DNA of 64,000 bases from an uncultured Actinomycetota bacterium (GTDB lineage: Bacteria; Actinomycetota; Actinomycetes; Actinomycetales; CAWJMD01), in contig OY970255.1 of the NCBI GenBank assembly GCA_963715595.1, positions 1,917,571-1,981,570 of the forward strand. Direction: 5' to 3'. Of this stretch, positions 49,984-61,674 are shown in pieces (position 1 is the first letter of the stretch; each line of letters begins with the position of its first letter). Made by a program: the position numbers and the translations under genes. The notes under the pieces are model-generated. The model was not told the origin of the DNA, did not search any database, and saw only the letters and a list, made by a program, of their open reading frames with translations.

Positions 49984-51209
49984 TCACTGGATGAGCTCGA
50001 ACACCCCGAAGATCGGCATGTAGAGGGCGATGATCATCGCCCCGATGATCGATCCGAGGACGGCGATCATGAGCGGCTCGATCAAGCTGGTGAGGGCCTC
50101 GGTCGTCGCCTCGACCTCCTGGTCGTAGAAGTCCGACAGCTTGTCGAGCATGGTGTCCATGGCACCGGTGTCCTCACCGACCGCCAGCATCTGGACCATC
50201 ATCGCGGGGAAGATCTTGTGCTCCGACAGCGGGCCGGCGAGCGACTCGCCCTTGCGCACGCTCTCCTGGACGTCGCTCGCCGCGCGCTGGATCACGACGT
50301 TCCCGGACGTCTCGCCGACGATCTCGAGCGACTGCAGGATGGGCACGCCGGACCGCAGCATCGTCCCGAGGTTGCGCGAGAACCGGCTCAGCGCCACCTT
50401 CTGGTACAGCTTGCCGAAGATCGGGAGCCGCAGGATGGTCGGATCCATCACGTCGCGGAACCGCGGGTGGTGCTTGAACCTCCCGTAGAGCACCGCGCCG
50501 ACCACCGTGAGCACCAGTCCGACCGGTGCGGCGACCTTCATGGCGGCCGACATCCAGACCAGCACCTTGGTCGGTCCCGGAGCTCGCCGCCGAGGTCGGT
50601 GAACATCGTCGAGAAGACCGGCACGATGAACAGCAGCATGCCGACCACGGCGATGATGGCGATGACGAAGACGACGACGGGGTACGTCATCGCGGACTTG
50701 ATCTTGCTGCGGAGCTTGACCTCGGCCTCGTAGTTCTCGGCCACCTGCAGCAGCACCTTGTCCAGGAAGCCACCGACCTCGCCGGCCCGGCACATGTTGA
50801 CCATGAGCGGGGGGAACACCCGCTCGTGCCTGGCCAGCGCGGTGGACAGGGACTGGCCCGTCTCGACGTCGTTGCGGACCGCCGCGAGCGCGGCCTGGAG
50901 ACCCTTGCTCTCGGTCTGCTCGGCGAGGATGGTCAGCGCCCGCAGCAGGGAGAGCCCCGAGTTGATCATGGTCGCGAACTGGCGCGACATGATCGCCAGG
51001 TCCTTGAGCTTGACCCGGTTGCCGCCGGGCAGGCTGATGTCGGCGTTCAGGCCCCCGCTGCTCTTCTCGGAGACGGCGAGCGGCGCGTAGCCCATCTCCT
51101 TGAGCTTGACGACGACGGCCGCCTGGTTGGGTGCTTCGAGCTTCCCGCTGACGACCTTCCCGCCCCGGTCGCGGACCTGGTACTCGAAGGTCTTGGTCGC
51201 AGATGCCAT
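49984..51209 (-). CDS. pilC: Type IV pilus platform protein PilC (frameshift near 50578)
   Basis: RQFATMINSGLSL, RAGEVGGFLD, KSAMTYP, GTMLRSGVPIL, VGEDTGAMD, LIEPLMI. Confidence 0.95.
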
Positions 51210-51224
51210 GGTTCGTCAGCCCTC

Positions 51225-52511
51225 TCAGAGCCGGCCGGTGAGGCGCTTGAAGTCCTCGACGTGGTGGCACTTCTCCAGGCCCTGCTCGTAGCTGATCCGG
51301 TTGGTCCGGACGAGCTCGGCCAGGTGCTGGTCCATCGTGTGCATGCCGTGCTGGGCGCCCGCCTGCATCGCGGAGTAGATCTGGTGCGTCTTGCCCTCGC
51401 GGATGAGGTTGCGGATCGCGGGGGTCGCCTGCAGCACCTCGGTCGCGACCACGCGGCCGGTGCCGTCGGCGGTCTTGCACAGGGTCTGGCAGACCACGCC
51501 CTGGATCGAGCCGGACAGCATCACGCGCACCTGCTGCTGCTGCTCGGGCGGGAACACGTCGATGACGCGGTCGATCGTCTGGGCGGCGTCCTGGGTGTGC
51601 AGGGTGGCAAAGACCAGGTGGCCGGTCTCGGCGGCGGTCAGAGCCACCGAGATGGTCTCGAGGTCGCGCATCTCGCCGACCAGGATGATGTCGGGGTCCT
51701 GGCGCAGCACGTGCTTGAGCGCGTTGGCGAAGGAGTGGGTGTCCTCCCCCACCTCGCGCTGGTTGATCAGCGAGCGCTTGTGCTTGTGCAGGAACTCGAT
51801 CGGGTCCTCGACGGTCATGATGTGCCCGGCGCGGGTGCGGTTGGCCAGGTCGATGAGGGAGGCGAGGGTGGTCGACTTGCCGGAGCCCGTCGGGCCGGTG
51901 ACCAGCACCATGCCGCGGGCCAGGCCGGCGAAGTTGCCGACCGACGGCGGGACGCCGAGGTCCTCGAGCGGCTTGATCTCGTAGGGGATCACACGGAACG
52001 CGGCGCCGACGGCCTCGCGCTGGCGGTAGATGTTCACGCGGAACCGCGAGCGACCCGGCAGTGCGTACGAGAGGTCGAGCTCGAGCTCGGACTCGAACTT
52101 GTCGCGCTGCTTCTGGGTCAGGATCGCGTACAGCATCAGCTGCAGCGGCTCGCGCTCCATCACCGGGAACTGCTCCAGCGGGTCGAGCTCGCCACGCACG
52201 CGCACCATCGGGTGGGCGCCGGCGGTCAGGTGCAGGTCGGAGGCGCCGAGCTGCAGCATCTCGTCGAGCAGGTCCGCCAGGTGCACGTCCTGGGTCGACA
52301 GGTCGACGGTGCCGGACGCGGCGCGGGCCTGGCCGGGGACCTTCGGCGACACCTCGGGACGCAGCGACTGCGGGGCCCCGACGGCCGGGTTCTTCGTCGT
52401 CGGCGGCGCAGGCGTCGGCCTGGCGTGCGCGCCGGCCAGGGACGCACCCGCGGTGGTGTCGCCGAGCTGCTCGCGGAAGGCGAAGCTCTGCGGCTGGTAT
52501 CCGTCGGTCAC
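51225..52511 (-). CDS. pilT: Type IV pilus retraction ATPase PilT
   Basis: ASDLHL, VTGPTGSGKSTTLA, EDPIE, LRQDPDIILVGEMRD, TGHLVFATLHT, AIRNLIRE motif, GMHTMDQ. Confidence 0.96.
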   Translation of the reverse strand: MTDGYQPQSFAFREQLGDTTAGASLAGAHARPTPAPPTTKNPAVGAPQSLRPEVSPKVPGQARAASGTVDLSTQDVHLADLLDEMLQLGASDLHLTAGAHPMVRVRGELDPLEQFPVMEREPLQLMLYAILTQKQRDKFESELELDLSYALPGRSRFRVNIYRQREAVGAAFRVIPYEIKPLEDLGVPPSVGNFAGLARGMVLVTGPTGSGKSTTLASLIDLANRTRAGHIMTVEDPIEFLHKHKRSLINQREVGEDTHSFANALKHVLRQDPDIILVGEMRDLETISVALTAAETGHLVFATLHTQDAAQTIDRVIDVFPPEQQQQVRVMLSGSIQGVVCQTLCKTADGTGRVVATEVLQATPAIRNLIREGKTHQIYSAMQAGAQHGMHTMDQHLAELVRTNRISYEQGLEKCHHVEDFKRLTGRL

Positions 52512-52572
52512 GGGACTCCCTCTCGCGTCACGCTGGACGGGCCGCTGTCGTGCGGACCCGGTTCGTTGGTTC

Positions 52573-52601
52573 TCATCGGCGTCCGGCCCTGGGGCCTTGA
52601 G
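52573..52601 (-). promoter_or_regulatory. Sigma-28-type promoter for pilT-pilC
   Basis: CTCAAG-N15-GCCGATGA. Confidence 0.8.
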
Positions 52602-52634
52602 CCGTTCGGGGCACCCGGGTGGGCGCCGTCCGCG

Positions 52635-54314
52635 TCAGGCGACGACGCGCAGGATCTCCTCGATCGAGGTGACGCCGGCCGCGACCTTGGCCCAGCCGTC
52701 GTCGCGCAGCGAGATCATGCCCTGGCCGTGCGCGACCTTCTCGATCTCGGCCGACGACGCACGCGACACCGCGAGCTTCTCGACCTCCTCGGTCACGGTC
52801 ATCACCTCGTGCAGCGCGAGCCGGCCCTTGTAGCCGGTGCGCGCGCACGCGGAGCAGCCGACGGGGCGGTGCAGGGTGGGGACGGGCTCGGACGGCAGCC
52901 ACGGGAACCGGGCGCTGAGCAGCTCCTGCTCGGTCGGCTCGTACTCCTCCTTGCACTTGGAGCAGAGCCGGCGGGCGAGCCGCTGGGCGAGCACCGAGTC
53001 GAGCGCGGAGCCGACGAGAAAGGGCTCGATGCCCATCTCGGTGAGGCGGGTGATCGCCGAGGGAGCGTCGTTGGTGTGCAGGGTCGAGAGCACCAGGTGA
53101 CCGGTGAGCGCGGCCTCGACCGCGATCTGCGCGGTCTCGTGGTCGCGGATCTCACCGATGAGGACGACGTCGGGGTCCGAGCGCAGGATCGAGCGCAGGG
53201 CCGCGGCGAACGTCAGGCCGGCCTTGACGTTGACCTGCACCTGGTTGATGCCCGGGAGCCGGTACTCGACCGGGTCCTCGACCGTGATGACGTTGATCTC
53301 CGGCTTGGAGACGATGTTCAGCGTCGAGTACAGGGTCGTCGACTTGCCCGAACCGGTCGGTCCCGTCACCAGGATCATCCCGTACGGCTTGACGTAGGAC
53401 TCCTTGTAACGGGTGAAGTTCGAGTCGGAGAACCCCAGGTCCTGCAGGTCGAGCCGCGCCGTCGAGTTGTCGAGCACTCGCATGACGACCTTCTCGCCCC
53501 ACACGGTGGGGAGCGTCGCCACACGCAGATCGATCTTCTTGCCCTGGTGGGTCACCGACAGCCGGCCGTCCTGCGGGATGCGGCGCTCGGCGATGTCGAT
53601 GTCGGACATGATCTTCAGCCGCGAGGTCACGCCGCCGGCGATCTGCTTCGGCGACTTCATCACCTCGTGCAGCACGCCGTCGATGCGGTACCGCACCCGC
53701 AGCTCGTGCTCGGCGGGCTCGATGTGGATGTCGGACGCGCGGTCCTGGATCGCCTGGGTGATGAGCAGGTTCACGTACTTGACGATCGGGGCGTCCTCGA
53801 CGACCTCGGTGAGCTTGCCGAGGTCCTCGCCGCCCATGTCGTCGTCCGACATCGTGGCGCTGAGCTCGTCGAGCTCGTCGTCGGCGCGGCAGAACCGGTT
53901 GATCGCGGCGATCAGGTCGTCGCGGGTCGCGACGACCGGCTGCGGCTCCATCCGGGTCAGCTGGCGGATGTCGTCCAGGGCGAAGACGTTGCCCGGGTCG
54001 GCCATCGCGACGACGAGCTTGCCCTCGCTGAAACCGATGGGCAGGACGGTGTGGCGGCGGCAGATCGCCGGCGGGACCTTGGCGACCGCGGTGGCGTCGA
54101 CGGGCGCCTCGGTGAGGTCGACGAAGCCGAGGCCGATCTGCTCGGCCAGGGCGGCGACGAGCTGCCCCTCGGTGAGCAGGCCCTGGTCGACCAGCACGCG
54201 GCCGAGCGGGCGGCCCTCCTCCTCGTGCACCTCGAACGCGGCGACCAGCTGGTCCTCGGTGACCAGTCCGTCCTCCAGCAGGATGTCGACGAACTGGCGC
54301 ACGGGCGCGCTCAC
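52635..54314 (-). CDS. pilB: Type IV pilus extension ATPase PilB with MshEN-like N-terminus
   Basis: ASDIHIEP, DIAERRIPQDG, GPTGSGKSTTLY, LRSDPD, CSKC...CSACARTGYKGR zinc motif. Confidence 0.96.
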   Translation of the reverse strand: MSAPVRQFVDILLEDGLVTEDQLVAAFEVHEEEGRPLGRVLVDQGLLTEGQLVAALAEQIGLGFVDLTEAPVDATAVAKVPPAICRRHTVLPIGFSEGKLVVAMADPGNVFALDDIRQLTRMEPQPVVATRDDLIAAINRFCRADDELDELSATMSDDDMGGEDLGKLTEVVEDAPIVKYVNLLITQAIQDRASDIHIEPAEHELRVRYRIDGVLHEVMKSPKQIAGGVTSRLKIMSDIDIAERRIPQDGRLSVTHQGKKIDLRVATLPTVWGEKVVMRVLDNSTARLDLQDLGFSDSNFTRYKESYVKPYGMILVTGPTGSGKSTTLYSTLNIVSKPEINVITVEDPVEYRLPGINQVQVNVKAGLTFAAALRSILRSDPDVVLIGEIRDHETAQIAVEAALTGHLVLSTLHTNDAPSAITRLTEMGIEPFLVGSALDSVLAQRLARRLCSKCKEEYEPTEQELLSARFPWLPSEPVPTLHRPVGCSACARTGYKGRLALHEVMTVTEEVEKLAVSRASSAEIEKVAHGQGMISLRDDGWAKVAAGVTSIEEILRVVA

Positions 54315-54425
54315 GCGACTCCTCCGGGAGCACGCTCCGCGTCGCCGTCACGCGGCTGCGGGTCGATGAGCACGAGGATCGCCGGCGACGGCGTCGACGA
54401 GGTGAGGTGCGCTGCCATGCGTCCC

Positions 54426-54454
54426 CTATCGGACGGTCCCGGCGCGTCCTTGAG
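54426..54454 (-). promoter_or_regulatory. Sigma-28-type promoter for pilB
   Basis: CTCAAG-N15-TCCGATAG. Confidence 0.72.
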
Positions 54455-54550
54455 CGCGACGTCGCACCCGCCCGTGCCACCGCCGGCACCGCGCGTCACG
54501 CCGGGGCGCCGACCGGCGGTCACCCGAACGGGCCCCGGACGGCGCGCCGG

Positions 54551-55387
54551 CTACGGGAGGGCGGCCGCCATCGCGGCGAGGTCGGGCGTCCGCCCGGTCA
54601 TCAGGGCGACCTGGGCGGCGGCCTGGTGCAGCAGCATCCGGGCACCCGGCGCGACCGCTCCCCCGTCCGACTGCCAGGCCGCGGCCAGCGCGGTCGGCCA
54701 CGGGTCGTAGACCACGTCGAGCAGCACCGCGCCGGGGGCGGGGGCGAGCCGCACGGCGTCGGCGGCACCGGCCGGCAGGGTGCTGACCACGAGGGAGGCA
54801 CCGGTCGCGGCCTCGGCGGCGTCGTCGAGCGGCACCGGTCGCACCGGGACGCCGATCCGGTCACCCAGCGCGACCAGGTCACCCGTGCGGGCGGGCTCGC
54901 GGACCAGCGCGGTGGCGGTGCTGAAGCCGAGGTCGCGACCGGCGGCGAGCGCCGAGAGAGCGGTCGCCCCCGCGCCGAGCAGGACGAGCCCGCCCGCGGG
55001 GTCGGGCGCGCCCGCCTCGCGGACGGCCTCGACGATCCCCGCCACGTCGGTGTTGTCGCCGCGCCGGGTGCGCAGCCCGGGGTCGCTCCACCGCGGGTCC
55101 GCGCCGGGCGCGGGTGCGAACGTCACCGTGTTCACCACGCCGAGCAGCCCCGCGAGAGGCGACACCTCGTCGAGCAGCGGCAGCACGGCCCGCTTGAGCG
55201 GCATCGTCAGCGACAGGCCGGCCCAGGTGTGGTCGAGCCCGTCGAGGAACGCGGCGAGGTCGTCCTCGACCACCTCGACGGCCTCGTAGGTCCACTCCCG
55301 CAGCCCGAGCGAGCGGTACGCGGCCGCGTGCAGGGCAGGTGAGAGCGAGTGCGCGACCGGCGACCCCAGGACGGCCGCCCTCCTCAC
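54551..55387 (-). CDS. aroE: Shikimate dehydrogenase
   Basis: AVLGSPVAHSLSP, GLSLTMPLK, VVNTV, NTDVAG, GAGATA, DVVYDPWPT, MLLHQA. Confidence 0.96.
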   Translation of the reverse strand: MRRAAVLGSPVAHSLSPALHAAAYRSLGLREWTYEAVEVVEDDLAAFLDGLDHTWAGLSLTMPLKRAVLPLLDEVSPLAGLLGVVNTVTFAPAPGADPRWSDPGLRTRRGDNTDVAGIVEAVREAGAPDPAGGLVLLGAGATALSALAAGRDLGFSTATALVREPARTGDLVALGDRIGVPVRPVPLDDAAEAATGASLVVSTLPAGAADAVRLAPAPGAVLLDVVYDPWPTALAAAWQSDGGAVAPGARMLLHQAAAQVALMTGRTPDLAAMAAALP

Positions 55388-56887
55388 CCGCTCTGCTCCA
55401 GCCACTCCTGGAACTGGGCCTTGGCGGCCAGGAACTCGTTGTAGTCGGACGTGAACACCGTCTCGCCGGTGTCGCCGTCGACCGTGACGAAGTACAGCCA
55501 GTCGCCCTCGGCGGGGGCGAGCGCCGCCGCGAGCGCGGCCTCGCCGGGGTTGTTGATCGGTCCGGGCGGCAGGCCGGGGTTGATCCGGGTGTTGTACGGG
55601 GAGTCGGTCTCCAGGTCGCTCGCCGTCAGGTCGAGCGCGCGCTTGTGCACGATGTACCCGACGGTCGAGTCCATCCCGAGCGTCTCGCCGCGCTCCAGCC
55701 GGTTCTCGATCACCCGGGCGACCTTCGCCATGTCGTCGGCGCGGCTGGCCTCGCCCTGCACGATCGAGGCGCGCACCAGCACGTCGCGCCGCGCGGCCGC
55801 GGGCACGCCGAGCTCGTCCATCGCCTGGTTGTGCCGCGCCACCATCGCCTGCAGCACCCCGAGCGCCGTGACGTCGGGCTCGAAGTCGTAGGTCGCCGGG
55901 AACAGGTAGCCCTCGGCGCTCCCGCCGGCCTCGGGCGGCAGGCCGAGCGCGGGGTCGGCCAGGGCCGCCTCGAGATCGGCGACGGGGATGCCGGTGTCGG
56001 CGCTGATCTCGGCGAGGGTCTCGCTGACCCAGCGCCCCTCGGGGAGGGCCACCTGCAGCGACTGCCGCGACGCGGGGTCGAGCAGCAGCGCGAGCGCGTC
56101 GGACGCCTTCATCTCGGCGCGCACCCGGTAGGTGCCCGGCTGCAGCCCGGCGGCGTCGGCGTTCGCCTGGAACGCGGCCACGAAGGCGGCGCGGGAGGCG
56201 ACCACGCCGGCCTCGACCAGCGTCTCGCCGATCTGGCCGCCGGTGTCGCCGGCGGTGACGACGACGTCGACCTCCTCGCCACCCGGCCCGGCGAAGTCCT
56301 CGGCCGGCGGGTCGCCCTCGAGCCGCTCCAGCAGCGGGCTGACCAGCGACGACCACCCGGCGTAGACGGCGCCGCCGAGCAGCGCGAAGCAGATCAGCAG
56401 GACGACGGCGGCACGCCGGCCCTTGCCCCGGCGGCCCGTGCGGGGCCGGTCGCGGGGGTCGTCGACGTACTCGTCGTCGAAGACCTCGTCGGGATAGTCC
56501 CCGACCTCGTCCGCGAGCAGCGGCTCGTCGTAGGGCTCGTCGTAGGGCTCGTCGTACGCGCTCGGCGACGGGCTCGGGCTCGGCTCGGGCCGGCTCGGGC
56601 TCCGGCTCGGGGACCGAGGCGGTGGCACGCGGGCCGCCGGGCGACTCGGCGGGCACGGCGCGGGTGAACCGGTGGCTGCGCTCGACGGCCTCGAGGTCGA
56701 ACACCTCGTCGACGTCGGACGGTCGCTCGTCGACGGGCACCCCGTCGTGCCGGGCGGCGTCGTCGGTGGCCTCGTCGCGTGGGGCGTCGGGAACGGCGCC
56801 CGAGCGCACGCGCCGGCCCCGTCGGAGGGGCGGGGCGTCGTCACCGGGGCCACCGGGTGCGCCGGCACCGTGGTCGAGCTCACTCAT
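55384..56887 (-). CDS. mltG: Endolytic transglycosylase MltG with long acidic N-terminus (frameshift near 56590)
   Basis: LQPGTY, EGYLFPATY, ASIVQGEA, NRL...MDSTV, SPYNT...GLPPGPINNPG, WLYFVTV. Confidence 0.94.
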
Positions 56888-57395
56888 CCAGCGGGGCCTC
56901 CTGCGCCCGCGGTGACGGTCCGTCCGTCGCCGCCCCGGGCTCGACGAGCGCGCCCGGAGGACGTCCCGACGCCCTCTCGGCGTCGAGCGCGTCCTGCAGC
57001 AGCACCACCGCGGCGACCTGGTCGACCACCGCGCGTTGCCGCCGCCCTCGCACCCCCGACCCGCGCAGCTGCTGGGTGGCAGCCACCGTGCTCAAGCGCT
57101 CGTCCACCAGCCGCACCGGGACGGGTGCCAGGAGGCGGGCGAGGGCCTCAGCGTAGCCACGTGCGGCCTCGGCCGCCGGACCCACACGCCCGGACAGGTG
57201 CAGCGGCAGGCCCACCAGCACCTCGACGGCGCCGCGCTCGGCGGCCTCGCGGGCCACGGCGTGCTGGTCCTGGGCGCCGCGCTCGTCGCGGGCCAGGGTG
57301 GCCACGGCCGAGGCCAGCAGGCCCGACGGGTCGCTCGCTGCGAGCCCCACGCGGACGGTGCCGACGTCGACGCCCAGCCGCACACCCGTCCTCAT
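56880..57395 (-). CDS. ruvX: Holliday junction resolvase-like/pre-16S rRNA nuclease RuvX (YqgF)
   Basis: LGVDVGTVRVGLA, VGLP, VDERLST, VDQVAAVVLLQ. Confidence 0.95.
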   Translation of the reverse strand: MRTGVRLGVDVGTVRVGLAASDPSGLLASAVATLARDERGAQDQHAVAREAAERGAVEVLVGLPLHLSGRVGPAAEAARGYAEALARLLAPVPVRLVDERLSTVAATQQLRGSGVRGRRQRAVVDQVAAVVLLQDALDAERASGRPPGALVEPGAATDGPSPRAQEAPLDE

Positions 57396-57439
57396 CGGCC
57401 CGGGCTCATCGGACCGGGCTCATCGGAGGGAGGCCGGGC

Positions 57440-57450
<11 letters not shown>
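57391..57450. repeat. Four copies of ctcatcgg (gggctcatcgg unit) at the alaS-ruvX junction
   Basis: ctcatcggcccggg ctcatcggaccggg ctcatcggagggaggccggg ctcatcggcccg. Confidence 0.85.
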
Positions 57451-60132
<2,682 letters not shown>

Positions 60133-60221
60133 GGGTTCTCGGTCCTGTCGGGTCGTGGGTCGAGGCTGGACGGACCGGACGCGCTGCGGGGCCGCTGGTC
60201 GGCGACCAGGGTCCCGCGCGG

Positions 60222-60506
60222 TCAGCGGTCGTCGACCTCGCTGGCCGGGTTCTCGAGCAGGTCGGCGACACCGCGGCCGTCGATCTCCCCCGACACGGCC
60301 GCGCGCAGCACCTCCTCGCGCTCGGCGGCGGACTCGCGGACGGCCTCGGCGAACTCGCGCAGGCCGTCACCGAGGTTCGACAGGCCGTCGCCGAGGCTGC
60401 CGGCGATGCCCTGCGGCGAGTACTGCTGCGCGGTGCGCGTCACCTGCCGCACCGCGAGCACGCCGACGGCCGCGCCGAGCGCGACCCAGAACAGCTTGCC
60501 GATCAC
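60222..60506 (-). CDS. Small conserved membrane protein (DUF6167-like)
   Basis: [17 protein letters not shown]...PQG...[17 protein letters not shown]; usual position upstream of alaS. Confidence 0.8.
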   Translation of the reverse strand: MIGKLFWVALGAAVGVLAVRQVTRTAQQYSPQGIAGSLGDGLSNLGDGLREFAEAVRESAAEREEVLRAAVSGEIDGRGVADLLENPASEVDDR

Positions 60507-60919
60507 CGCTTGCTCCGGCGGCCGCGGGTGGCGCCGGGCTTGCGGCCGCCACCCATCGCCTGGCGGACGCCGTAGGTGAACGCGGCCACCTTGATCACGG
60601 GCGACCCGAGGGTCGCGGCGAACAGGGCGGTCAGCGCCGAGACGTTGGTGGCCACCTGCACGCCGTTGTCGCTGATCACGCCGACCTTGGTCGTGATCGT
60701 GTCGACCTTCTGCAGCTGGTGGTTGGTGTGGCCCACCGTCTCGGTGACCCCGCCGATCAGCGGCAGGGTCTCGTCCGACAGCTTGCGGACGGTGCTGCCG
60801 GCCTCCTCGATGGTGTCGCCGAGCTTCCACATGGCGCGGGCGATCGGCAGGACGATGATGAGGAACCCCAGGGCGAACAGGCCCCCGATGATCGTCCCTG
60901 CGAGCTCAGCTGGCGACAT
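60503..60919 (-). CDS. DUF948 family protein
   Basis: MSPAELAG, TM, KLG...ETLPL...QLQKVDTIT...NVSALTALFAATLGSPVIKVAAFTYGVR. Confidence 0.88.
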   Translation of the reverse strand: MSPAELAGTIIGGLFALGFLIIVLPIARAMWKLGDTIEEAGSTVRKLSDETLPLIGGVTETVGHTNHQLQKVDTITTKVGVISDNGVQVATNVSALTALFAATLGSPVIKVAAFTYGVRQAMGGGRKPGATRGRRSKR

Positions 60920-60975
60920 GGGAGCAAACGTACCGGCTCACCCCGGCGCTCCCCACCGCAGATCCCCGTCACGGG

Positions 60976-61605
60976 TCAACGTGCGTAGAACTCCACGACC
61001 TTCGAGACGTCGCAGCGGATCGGCACGAGCTCGCGGACCGGCGGGGCCAGGAGCGTCACCGCGAGGTCGTCGAGGCGGACGTCGAGGTAGGCCGGCACCT
61101 GCGGCAGCACCTCGGCGTGGCCGCCCGCCGCGGCCACCTGGAACGGCACCGTGTCGCGGCTCCGTGGCGCGATCGAGACGGTCTGGCCGGGCGCCACGCG
61201 GTACGACGGCTTGTCGACGCGGTGGCCGTCGACCAGCACGTGGTGGTGGGTCACGGCCTGGCGGGCCTGGGCGGTGGTGCGGGCCAGCCCGGCGCGCAGC
61301 ACCACCGCGTCGAGACGGCGCTCGAGCAGCTCGACCAGCACGTCACCGGTCTGGCGCGAGGAGCGCTTGGCCTCGTCGACGGCGCGGCGCATCTGCTTCT
61401 CGCGGATGCCGTACTGCGCCCGCAGCCGCTGCTTCTCGCGCAGCCGCACCGCGAAGTCGCTCTCGTTGCGCCGGCGCGAGCGCCCGTGCATCCCGGGCGG
61501 CGACGGCCGGTTCTCCATCAGCCGCTCGGCCTTCGGCGTCAGCGGGATGCCGAGGGCGCGGGAGAGGCGGACCTTGCGTCGGGTGCGGTCGGGGCTGGCG
61601 GGCAC
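60976..61605 (-). CDS. rpsD: 30S ribosomal protein S4, CxxC-less form located outside the alpha operon
   Basis: RLSRALGIPLTPK...PPGMHGR...LREKQRLRAQYG...LERRLDAVVLRAG...ARQAVTHHHVLVDG...VVEFYAR. Confidence 0.95.
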   Translation of the reverse strand: MPASPDRTRRKVRLSRALGIPLTPKAERLMENRPSPPGMHGRSRRRNESDFAVRLREKQRLRAQYGIREKQMRRAVDEAKRSSRQTGDVLVELLERRLDAVVLRAGLARTTAQARQAVTHHHVLVDGHRVDKPSYRVAPGQTVSIAPRSRDTVPFQVAAAGGHAEVLPQVPAYLDVRLDDLAVTLLAPPVRELVPIRCDVSKVVEFYAR

Positions 61606-61655
61606 GTGCGTCTCCTGGGGTCGTCGTCGTCGAGGGGTGCCCTCGACCGTTGAAG

Positions 61656-61674
61656 TTAGGATAGCCTCACCTCA
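61656..61674. promoter_or_regulatory. DtxR/IdeR/DmdR-type iron box
   Basis: TTAGGATAGCCTCACCTCA matches the consensus TTAGGTTAGGCTAACCTAA at 15 of 19 positions; it sits in the 68-bp divergent spacer and touches the ATG at 61674. Confidence 0.85.

Noticed and set aside
56515-56610. Short tandem repeats encoding (YDEP)3 and EPEP in mltG as a CRISPR or phase-variation tract
   Set aside because: Low-complexity coding sequence in a disordered N-terminus; no spacers or cas genes.
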